A stretch of DNA of 32,000 nucleotides from Opitutia bacterium KCR 482 (GTDB lineage Bacteria > Verrucomicrobiota > Verrucomicrobiia > Opitutales > Intestinicryptomonadaceae), in the NCBI GenBank assembly GCA_029269845.2, contig CP149973.1:1890001-1922000 (forward strand), written 5' to 3'. The position numbers were made by a program, and so were the translations under genes. Below, piece after piece: positions 17,424-25,212 of the stretch; the stretch's first letter is position 1; each line of letters opens with the position of its first letter. A model generated the notes under the pieces. That model made no database searches. It worked only from the letters and a program-made list of their open reading frames with translations, and had not been told where the DNA came from.

Positions 17424-17614
17424 AGCGAATATTCGGGAATTTCGACGGAATATGGGCGAATCTGAACTTCAAGGATAAGTACGAACTTTTGGGGCTGCTT
17501 GTCGAAAAAGTCGTGTATTTCGGTGAAAAGGGCGAAATATCGGTTTTTTACAGGAAAAACGGAATAGACATCGAAACGGCGAAAAATGGAAATCAGAAGC
17601 AAAATATACATTAA
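17303..17614 (+). pseudogene. C-terminal fragment of a large serine recombinase
   Basis: ...SEAELKRIFGNFDGIWANLNFKDKYELLGLLVEKVVYFGEKGEISVFYRKNG matches the usual C-terminal tail of large serine recombinases (F..lW..l....k.eLl..lie.V.......i.i.fr). No catalytic resolvase domain lies upstream; the frame opens only at 17303. Confidence 0.55.
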
Positions 17615-17873
17615 ATCGGGGCGGCACGGGCGGAACGAAATCGTCCGCGGCGAAAGACCCGAACCACTTCCGAAAAAACCCAGACCGACCCGAAAGGCCG
17701 AGCTTATGGCGTTTGCCATCGTTTTCGACGACTGGCTTGCCAAAGGGGAGGTCGAGGACTATTCGCATATTTCCCGCATTACCGGAATTTCGCGTTTCAG
17801 GGTTTCCAAGATTATGAATCTTATGCAATTGCCTCCGTCCGAACAGTCGGAATTGCTTTTCTCCGAAATATGA
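17586..17873 (+). CDS. Small HTH protein of the type found next to serine recombinases in mobile elements
   Basis: LMAFAIVFDDWLAKGEVEDYSHISRITGISRFRVSKIMNLMQLPPSEQSELLF follows the pattern ...G.v.d.a.lAr.ggvsRaRvtQImnLl.LaP.iQe.iL. Confidence 0.55.
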   Translation: MEIRSKIYIKSGRHGRNEIVRGERPEPLPKKPRPTRKAELMAFAIVFDDWLAKGEVEDYSHISRITGISRFRVSKIMNLMQLPPSEQSELLFSEI

Positions 17874-18112
17874 AAAAAGGAATTCGGATTTTGTGGATAT
17901 ACCGTTTGGGGGTTGCATTTAAGACAAGAACTGTTGCCCGATGTAAGATTCTATTGAGACTTTTCGAGAATTTTACGGATTTTGCAACTTTTGTGTGTCC
18001 TAAATGCGGGCGGTTTCTACGAATTGAACTCCGACTTGAGAATCGGCAATTTGAGGGGATCGGGCGTGGGAGCTTTGTAAATGCGGGGTTGTGGCGGGGG
18101 TGAAGTGGGCAC

Positions 18113-18160
18113 AAAAAAAAGCGCGGGAATGTTGTCTTAATCGACGCCGTTTCCGCGCTT
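18113..18160 (-). terminator. Intrinsic terminator downstream of tRNA-His
   Basis: The minus-strand transcript reads AGCGCGGAA - 21-nt loop - UUCCCGCGCU followed by U8 (plus-strand A8 at 18113-18120). The large loop lowers confidence. Confidence 0.55.
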
Positions 18161-18170
18161 CTTTTCAAAA

Positions 18171-18248
18171 TGGGGTGGCAAACGCGACTTGAACGCGCGA
18201 CCCTCGGAACCACAATCCGATGCTCTAACCAACTGAGCTACTGCCACC
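18171..18248 (-). tRNA. tRNA-His (anticodon GTG) with encoded G-1 and CCA
   Basis: The reverse complement is G-GTGGCAG-TA-GCTCAGTTGGTTAGAGC-A-TCGGA-TTGTGGT-TCCGA-GGGTC-GCGCG-TTCAAGT-CGCGT-TTGCCAC-C-CCA. It folds as a full cloverleaf, has the His-specific extra 5' G, and closely resembles E. coli tRNA-His. Confidence 0.95.
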
Positions 18249-18419
18249 GTAATTTTTAAAGTTCTACATAGAATGCTTTTCTATTTATTTGTCAATTCCT
18301 TTTTGCGGTTTTGTTTTTAGGCGTTTTTATCTCCGGGGGGGCTTCTTATCCTATTGACTATTTCGCGTCTGTTTTCAATTATAGGGCAACTAATTCAACC
18401 GCATTTATTTAATCTATAT

Positions 18420-21400
18420 ATGAAATTCATGTCGTTTGCTATCCTCTTTGCGTTCCTCTCGGCGGGCAAGCTCGGCGGCGCGCAAAATTCGGCGTATGCC
18501 GTCCTCGGCGGAGACGTTCCGATTGAAATTATCGAAGCCCCGAAAGACGTCCGCGTGCTTCACCGCACTTGGGGCGCGGAGGCGGCGCGCAAAAACTCCG
18601 TGCGCATTTACGCCCCCGTGTCCGACGGCGAATGGCGCAGGGTTGCGGTCAAGCTGAAAGTTCCCGCCGACTGCAAGTCTGTGCTGTCGTTCGGCGGCGA
18701 CGGCGAAAAATCGCCGTCGGGGCGTCCCAGAAACGCCGCCTTTTTTGACAACGTTTCGATAGATTCGGTCCCGCTTTACAACGGCGATTTCGAAAAGGGA
18801 AACGACTCGTGGAGCGTTGAGTCGGGCGGGAATTTCCCGGCGAAGATCGGCGCGTATCCGCGGGCTGCGGGCGCGGCGCATGGCGTGTTTGCGGCGCGGG
18901 CGAGTTCGTTCGGCGCGGTTCGGCGGACTGTTTCGCTCGAAGGCGGCAAGGTATTCGAGCTTGCGTTCGACGTTCTCGGCGCGAAGCCGTCGGATTTGGA
19001 GACCGACTTCCCCCTCGACCTCAAAAAATCCGCCAACGCTTCGCCTTCCGACTTCGCGCAAATGCGCAAGCTGCCGAAGGGCGCGATGCTCGGCGCGTTT
19101 CTTGAAAAGCTTTCCGGCAGTGCGGGCGTTTCGGAAGTTTGCGGCATAAAATTCGACATTGCAAATTCCGCGGCGAACTCCGGCAAGCTCGTCGTTGCGT
19201 TGAAGTCGTCGGCTGCTCCCTTCGCGCCGGCATCGGTCAAGACAGGCGGAATTTCGCGGTCGGGGCGGTATATTTACGTTGTGCACGCGCTGGCGAATCC
19301 CGACAGAATGCAGAAAGGCTGGTCTTTCGGCGCGCTTAACATCGAGTATGCCGACGGCGTGAAAAAAGGCTTCAGAATGCGCTACGGAATAGATGCGGAC
19401 GCGTACCGCGCGGCGAATCGGACTCTCCGCAACGGAAGAATCGCGTTTCCTTCCGACGGCGGCGCGCTTTACATGAGCCGCTTTCCGCTCGACGCCAACA
19501 GGCGCGTCGAGAAAGTGTCTTTTTCGGCGTACGGAAACGCGCCGTGGATTGTCGTTGCGGCGACAATTTCGGACAAAAAAGTTGACCCCTGCGAGACGAC
19601 CACACCGAAGGGAAATCCCGACTGGGTGCTTGCCGACATTCCCGAAGACCACCCCGTCAGGGCGGGCAGTGCTCTCGACCTCTCGTCGTTCCTCCCCGAC
19701 GCCGAGGCGGGGGTTTTCGGCAGGGTCATTATTTCGCCGCGCGGCACGATGGCGTTCGAAAAACATCCCGACGCCGACGTCAGGTTCAAGGGCTACACGT
19801 TTTATCCGCATTCTCTCGTTTTGAAGTACGACTTTGAGACCGCCCGCGACAATATGCGCAAGTACGCCGCGCAAATCAGAAAAAACGGCTACAATCTTCT
19901 GCGCATAAACTTCGACTATCTGAAATCGGACACAAAGCGAGCCGAACGCGCCTACCGCTACGACGAAATCGACTATCTTATCCGCGAGCTGAAACGCAAC
20001 GGGGTCTACATACACCTGCCGCTCGCGTGGTACGACATCGGCACGAAAAACTACTCGTTCCCGCAGCGCAACGACGTTAAAATCCGCGCTATTTTCGGCG
20101 AGCCCGAAGCCCGCGCAATGTGGCGCGAGACCGCCGAAGAGCAGCTCAACCACGTCAATCCGTACACGAATCTCGCGTGGAAGGACGACCCCGTTTTCCA
20201 GCTTTTCGAGTACTACAACGAGCTTTCGATTTGCCACAACAAGTTCGACGAATTTTCGCCCGCGACGCAAAAGCTATTGACCGACCGCTGGCGCGTGTGG
20301 CTTGAAAAACGCTACGGCACGGTCGGCAAGCTCAACGACGCGTGGCGCGGGAAGGCGTGGGCGAAGCGCGGCGGCTATCCGTTGAAGTCGTTTGCCGACG
20401 CGCAGTGCCTGACGGCGGGCGCGGACTGGGGGCGTTTCTGCCGCGAGGCGGAGTCGGAGTTCGCCGACTTCTGCAAAATGGTCGTGCGCGGCACGGGCTA
20501 CAAGGGCATAGTTTCGCAGCGCAACTTGGGCCGCGCCGTGTACGACTCTTGGGCGCGCGGCGGGTTTTCCGAAAACGTCATAGTGAACTCGTACTACGAG
20601 CACCCCGGCGGACTGTACACGCCAGACGCCGACCACACCTGCAATCAGGAGTCGTCGATAGCGCGTTCCGCGGGCTACTGGCGGGCGATTGCGCTTTCCA
20701 AGCACGCCGACCGCCCGCTTTCGGTTACCGAGTACAACCACTGTTATTGGAACAAGCACCGCTTCGAGATGATGTCGGTCTTCGCGCCGTATTCGGCGTT
20801 CCAGAATTTTTCGACGCTTATAATCCACGCGAACGCGGTTCCGTGGCGCGGTGGCTGGAAGTCGAGGCTGTCGCCGTTCAACGTCGCCGATTCGCCCGCG
20901 ATTCGCGCGGCGGAGCTGTTCAACCAGTGCTTCTTCATGCGAGGCGACGTGAAGCCCTCCGAGCACAGGGTGGACATGCTGATTGGCAAAAACTTTGTCG
21001 AAAAGGAGGATCGCGCGTTGAGTTCGGTCGGCGGCGGGCAGGGGCACATACCGCTGATTGTGGGCTTTGCTGTGAAGTCAGACGCGCCCGTTCCCGCGAA
21101 TCTAAAAAGCTCTAACCCCAAACCCGCCGACATGCAGATTCTTCCCGAAGGCGCGGCGGAAATCGTAACCGAGGGCTGGGCGCAGCGCGTTGTGGAGTCG
21201 GGCGACGGAAGCTTCGACCTCTCCAAATTCGTCGCCGAGGCGAAACGCCGCGGCATGCTTTCGCCCGACAACGAGAGCGACCCCGCCGCGGGCGTCTACC
21301 AGACCGACACGCGGCAAATCACAATGGACGCCAAGCGCGGAAGCATGAAAGTTGCAACCGACAAGTCTTGCGCGATAACCGTTCACGGAAACACGGCGGC

Positions 21401-21785
21401 GACTGCGGGCGCGTTGCGGCTGCTATCGACGACAGTTCCCGCGAGCGTCGGGCTTGCGTCGCTCGACGGAGCGGAAATCGGCAAAAGCTCGCGCCTTGTG
21501 TTTGTGTACGCCACTCAGGAAAACAACATCGACGCAATCACGAGCCTCGACGGCATTCTTTCGCTGAACGAGGGGCGCGGGCCCGTGGCGGTGCGCCGCG
21601 GCAGGGTTTGCGCCGAGCTGAAGCTCGACCCCTCCAAAAAGTTTTCCGTCTACGCGCTCGCGCTCAACGGCGAACGCCGCGGCAAAGTGTCCGCCGAATT
21701 TTCGGGCGGCGCTCTCAAGCTCGACATCGACAACGGAGCGTTTGCAAACGGCGCGCCGACTTTCTTTGAAATCGTTTCGGAATAA
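18420..21785 (+). CDS. Secreted multidomain glycoside-hydrolase-like protein: N-terminal CBM4/9-like domain plus a clan GH-A-like (beta/alpha)8 barrel
   Basis: The ATG at 18420 gives the signal peptide MKFMSFAILFAFLSAGKLGGAQN. NGDFEKGNDSWSVESGG is a CBM4_9-type start. Barrel-like motifs are GYNLLRINFDYL and YYNELS (candidate acid/base NE); SVTEYNHCYWN holds the candidate nucleophile E. Confidence 0.7.
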   Translation: MKFMSFAILFAFLSAGKLGGAQNSAYAVLGGDVPIEIIEAPKDVRVLHRTWGAEAARKNSVRIYAPVSDGEWRRVAVKLKVPADCKSVLSFGGDGEKSPSGRPRNAAFFDNVSIDSVPLYNGDFEKGNDSWSVESGGNFPAKIGAYPRAAGAAHGVFAARASSFGAVRRTVSLEGGKVFELAFDVLGAKPSDLETDFPLDLKKSANASPSDFAQMRKLPKGAMLGAFLEKLSGSAGVSEVCGIKFDIANSAANSGKLVVALKSSAAPFAPASVKTGGISRSGRYIYVVHALANPDRMQKGWSFGALNIEYADGVKKGFRMRYGIDADAYRAANRTLRNGRIAFPSDGGALYMSRFPLDANRRVEKVSFSAYGNAPWIVVAATISDKKVDPCETTTPKGNPDWVLADIPEDHPVRAGSALDLSSFLPDAEAGVFGRVIISPRGTMAFEKHPDADVRFKGYTFYPHSLVLKYDFETARDNMRKYAAQIRKNGYNLLRINFDYLKSDTKRAERAYRYDEIDYLIRELKRNGVYIHLPLAWYDIGTKNYSFPQRNDVKIRAIFGEPEARAMWRETAEEQLNHVNPYTNLAWKDDPVFQLFEYYNELSICHNKFDEFSPATQKLLTDRWRVWLEKRYGTVGKLNDAWRGKAWAKRGGYPLKSFADAQCLTAGADWGRFCREAESEFADFCKMVVRGTGYKGIVSQRNLGRAVYDSWARGGFSENVIVNSYYEHPGGLYTPDADHTCNQESSIARSAGYWRAIALSKHADRPLSVTEYNHCYWNKHRFEMMSVFAPYSAFQNFSTLIIHANAVPWRGGWKSRLSPFNVADSPAIRAAELFNQCFFMRGDVKPSEHRVDMLIGKNFVEKEDRALSSVGGGQGHIPLIVGFAVKSDAPVPANLKSSNPKPADMQILPEGAAEIVTEGWAQRVVESGDGSFDLSKFVAEAKRRGMLSPDNESDPAAGVYQTDTRQITMDAKRGSMKVATDKSCAITVHGNTAATAGALRLLSTTVPASVGLASLDGAEIGKSSRLVFVYATQENNIDAITSLDGILSLNEGRGPVAVRRGRVCAELKLDPSKKFSVYALALNGERRGKVSAEFSGGALKLDIDNGAFANGAPTFFEIVSE

Positions 21786-21788
21786 AAT

Positions 21789-24700
21789 ATGTTCAAAAAT
21801 AGCGTTTTGTGTCCGAAAATAATTTCGGCGTTCGCGGTTTTTTGCGCCTTAGCGCATTGCGGCGCGGCGTTTGCGGCGGAGCGCGACTCGCTGCGAGACT
21901 GCGGCGCGAGAATTGCCGTCGCCGCCGATTTCCCGCTTTTGCGCGGCGATGCGGAATCGGCAACCGTCAGGGAGTACAAGTCGAAAGGCGCGGGCGGCAA
22001 GACAAGCCATGTGCTGTTTGCCATGCACTTCAACTCCGACCCGTCCGCATGGGAGGAGATGAAGTTTTCGTTCGTGCCGTCGGAGTCGGGCGTCGTGCGC
22101 CTTTCGCTTTCGGGCGTCGAAAAGCGGCGCGGAGCTTCCGTCCGCAAGCTTGCCTCGTACTACGACGACCTGAAAATCGACGGTGCCCCGCACCCCAACG
22201 GCGGCTTCGAAAATGGCTTTGCGGGCTTTTCGTTCGCGAACTCCGCGCCGAAAATCGTGTTCGGCTCGAACCGCGCGGCGTCGGGCGGGGCGTGCCTGCG
22301 GGCGTGGTCGCGCACCTATACATGCGCGACGCTGAAAGTGGAAAGGGGAAGGCCCTGCGAAATTTCCGTCATGACGCGCCCCGCGGGAGAGCTTCCCGAA
22401 ATCGAGGACGCTTTTATCGACATTTCCGCAGCCGCAAATTCCTCCGAGAACTCCTTTCCTAAGGCGGGCGCAGTCGCTTTCGACGGAATCAATTTCTGGC
22501 TCGCTGGTTCGGACGGCGCGGTGAAAACCCTGCGCTTTCCGCCGAAAAACGGCAAGCCCGCCAAGATTTCGGTGGGCGGCGAAAACAGGGCGGGGCGGTA
22601 TCTCTACCTCCTCCACCGCATGGACAATTCGGCGTCGAAGCCCGACGCCTACATTGCGTCGGTCATTGTGAAGACCACGGGGAACAAGCCCGTCAAGCGC
22701 TTCGTGAAAATCGACAGGGACTGCGGGCGCAAAAACGCCTACGCGCCCGCGCACAACGCAAAGGCGGTGTTCTTCGGCGACGCCGAAAACAAAAGGGACG
22801 TTTGGTATTTGTCGCGCTTCGAGACGGGCGGGCTTACCGACGTCGAGGAGATAACTTTCAACACTTGGGCGGACGGCGACTGGTCGATAGCAGCCGCCAC
22901 GCTTTCCGACACCGACGTTCCGACTTTTGAAGTCTGGAAGCCCGCGCCCGACAAGTGGGCGGCGGCGGACATTCCCGCGAAAATGTCGGTGCTCGAAAAC
23001 TCCGCGCTCGACCTCTCGCGGTTTTTCCCCGACGCCGAGGCGGGGGCGTTCGGCAGGGTTATCGTCTCGCCGCGCGGCACGATGGCGTTCGAAAAAACGC
23101 CCGAACGCGACGCGCGTTTCAAGAGCTTCACGATGTCGCTTGCGCCGTTTTTCAGAATAGCCGACATCGACGCCCGCAAGCGTTCGCTCAAAAGCTACGC
23201 CGCGCAAATCAGGCGGGCGGGCTACAACTGCGTGCGCATGGAGTTCGAACAGTTCAAGAGCCACTCGGAGCGCAAAAATTTCAAAACCGCGATGGACTGC
23301 CTCGACTGCTTTTTTTCGGAGCTGAAAAAAAACGGCGTGTATGTCCACCTTGTAATCACTTGGCAGGAGTTGGGCGAGAGGGGCTTCAAAATGGGCGAAA
23401 TGCGCGACGATTCCAAGCTGCGCTGTCTCTTCGGCGACAAGACCGCGTGGCGGGCGTGGCGGAATGTCGCCGAGCTTCAGCTCAACCACTTCAACCCGTA
23501 CACGAATCTCGCGTGGAAGGACGACCCGATGTTCTTGCAGGTTGAGCATTTCAACGAGCTTTCCATCGTGCTTTCGCGCCTGAAACGCGGCACGCCGCGC
23601 ACGCAAAAACTCGTGCTTTCGAAGTGGCGCAAGTGGCTCGAAAAAAAATACGGCACGGTCGAAAAGCTCAACGAATCGTGGAACAGAAAGGGCTTTGTGT
23701 ACAACAGCGGCACGTTCGACTACGCCGATTTTTCCGAAGTCGGCGAGCCGTTCGTGAAAAATCCCGACTGGCAGGAGTTCGCGCTCGACCGCAAAACGCG
23801 CTTCCTCAAATTCTGCAACAAAACCGTCCGCGAAACCGGCTACAAGGGGATAATCGCGAGCGAGAACGTGGCGTCGTCGCCCGCGCAGAATGTCCCGCGC
23901 GGCGAAATGTTCGAGTCCATAATTTCCAACACATACTTCGCGCACCCCACGGGGCTTAACACAAAGGACGCCGCGACGCGCCAGAACAGCTGCATAGGCG
24001 ACGCCTTCCCGAACCTCGGCTCCGTGCTCTCGCGCCGCTTCGCCGACAGGCCGATAGGCATTACCGAATTCAACCACTGCTGGTGGAACATGCGAAGATA
24101 CGAGGTTTTGGGCACGTTCGCGCCGTACGCCGCGTTCCAGAACATGTCGATGCTTACAATCCACGAGGACATTGTTCCGTCCGACGTGAACGGGCTGCTG
24201 CCGCCGCATTTGAAGCTCAACCCGTTCAGAATCTGCCGCTCGCCGATTGTGAGGGCGTCGGAACTGCTCTCTGCGTGCTTCTTCGTGCGCGGCGACGTCG
24301 CGCGGGCTAAGTCGCGCGTGGACATGGTTATGGCGGGCGAGTATTTCGAAAAGAATCCGATAGAGTCGCAAAAGGCGGTCAACAGCGAGCAGATGAAAGT
24401 TGCGCTGCTCACGGGTTTTGCCGTTGACTGCGGCGGGGCGCGTCCCGACTCGTTGAAGAGCCTTGCGCCCAAGCCCGCCGACATGCGCATGCCGCCGATT
24501 GGCAGCTCCGACACAATCATGGAGGCGTGGTTTCAGGACGTAGTGCCGAACGCCGACGGCGGCGGCTTCGACCTGCGCGGATTCGTCGCAAAAATGCGCG
24601 AAAATAAAATCCTGCCCGATGGCAATTCCACCGACATTTCGCGCGGAATTTTCCAGACCGACACGGGCGAAATCACGATGAACGTTCCCGAAAAAAGCCT

Positions 24701-25145
24701 GAAAATTTCGACGCCGAAATCGCAGCTGCTCGTTTCCGAAAGCGGCGTCGGCGCGGACTTGGGAAATTTGAAAGTGCTGTCGTCGTCCGTTCCCGCGGCG
24801 GTCGCGGCGGCGTCGCTCGACGGTCTCGATTTGGGCAAAAGCCGCCGCATTGTCCTAATCTACGCGACCGCCGAGGCGAACACGGACATGAAAACCTCGT
24901 TCGATTTTCTGCGCATGCTCGACTCCGGCAAAGCCCCGATTCTCCTGAAAACGGGAACGCTCAAAGCCGAGCTGAAACTCGACCCGACCGCGAAATACGC
25001 CGTCTATCCGCTTTCGCTCGACGGCGCAAGGCGCGCGCCGATTCCCGCGAAATCCGCAAACGGAGTCTTGAAGCTCGAAATAGACACTTCAGGGCTTCCG
25101 CACGGCGCGACTACGCTTTTCGAAATAGCGGCCGTAGGAAACTAA
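21789..25145 (+). CDS. Secreted glycoside-hydrolase-like protein, tandem paralog of 18420..21785
   Basis: Signal MFKNSVLCPKIISAFAVFCALAHCGAAFA. The motif order is the same: NGGFENGFAGFS, GYNCVRMEFEQF, HFNELS, GITEFNHCWWN. It shares exact DNA stretches with the upstream gene. Confidence 0.7.
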   Translation: MFKNSVLCPKIISAFAVFCALAHCGAAFAAERDSLRDCGARIAVAADFPLLRGDAESATVREYKSKGAGGKTSHVLFAMHFNSDPSAWEEMKFSFVPSESGVVRLSLSGVEKRRGASVRKLASYYDDLKIDGAPHPNGGFENGFAGFSFANSAPKIVFGSNRAASGGACLRAWSRTYTCATLKVERGRPCEISVMTRPAGELPEIEDAFIDISAAANSSENSFPKAGAVAFDGINFWLAGSDGAVKTLRFPPKNGKPAKISVGGENRAGRYLYLLHRMDNSASKPDAYIASVIVKTTGNKPVKRFVKIDRDCGRKNAYAPAHNAKAVFFGDAENKRDVWYLSRFETGGLTDVEEITFNTWADGDWSIAAATLSDTDVPTFEVWKPAPDKWAAADIPAKMSVLENSALDLSRFFPDAEAGAFGRVIVSPRGTMAFEKTPERDARFKSFTMSLAPFFRIADIDARKRSLKSYAAQIRRAGYNCVRMEFEQFKSHSERKNFKTAMDCLDCFFSELKKNGVYVHLVITWQELGERGFKMGEMRDDSKLRCLFGDKTAWRAWRNVAELQLNHFNPYTNLAWKDDPMFLQVEHFNELSIVLSRLKRGTPRTQKLVLSKWRKWLEKKYGTVEKLNESWNRKGFVYNSGTFDYADFSEVGEPFVKNPDWQEFALDRKTRFLKFCNKTVRETGYKGIIASENVASSPAQNVPRGEMFESIISNTYFAHPTGLNTKDAATRQNSCIGDAFPNLGSVLSRRFADRPIGITEFNHCWWNMRRYEVLGTFAPYAAFQNMSMLTIHEDIVPSDVNGLLPPHLKLNPFRICRSPIVRASELLSACFFVRGDVARAKSRVDMVMAGEYFEKNPIESQKAVNSEQMKVALLTGFAVDCGGARPDSLKSLAPKPADMRMPPIGSSDTIMEAWFQDVVPNADGGGFDLRGFVAKMRENKILPDGNSTDISRGIFQTDTGEITMNVPEKSLKISTPKSQLLVSESGVGADLGNLKVLSSSVPAAVAAASLDGLDLGKSRRIVLIYATAEANTDMKTSFDFLRMLDSGKAPILLKTGTLKAELKLDPTAKYAVYPLSLDGARRAPIPAKSANGVLKLEIDTSGLPHGATTLFEIAAVGN

Positions 25146-25160
25146 GTCCGCCGACGTCCG

Positions 25161-25203
25161 AAAAAAACGCGCCGCAAATTTAAAAATACGGCGCGTTTTT
25201 TTT
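25161..25203. terminator. Bidirectional intrinsic terminator between convergent genes
   Basis: A7 - AACGCGCCG (25166-25174) - 14-nt loop - CGGCGCGTT (25189-25197) - T run to 25203. It sits between the stops at 25145 (+) and 25213 (-). Confidence 0.75.
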
Positions 25204-25212
25204 GCGGCAAAT

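Noticed and set aside
18249-18419. Sigma70-type promoter for tRNA-His (TTGACA on the minus strand at 18295-18290)
   Set aside because: No acceptable -10 hexamer lies at 16-19 nt spacing, and the promoter consensus of this organism is unknown, so it was not reported as a feature.
18414-20270. 618-aa ORF on the minus strand, antisense to the first glycoside-hydrolase-like gene
   Set aside because: The translation is extremely Arg/Val/Ala-rich and low in information, typical of an open antisense frame in high-GC coding DNA. The plus-strand frame has a signal peptide and recognisable motifs.
21849-24371. 840-aa ORF on the minus strand, antisense to the second glycoside-hydrolase-like gene
   Set aside because: Same reasoning: Arg-rich composition, no motifs, and full overlap with a well-supported plus-strand gene. 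The smaller ORFs at 20274..21047, 20342..21115 and 22955..23545 are rejected in the same way.
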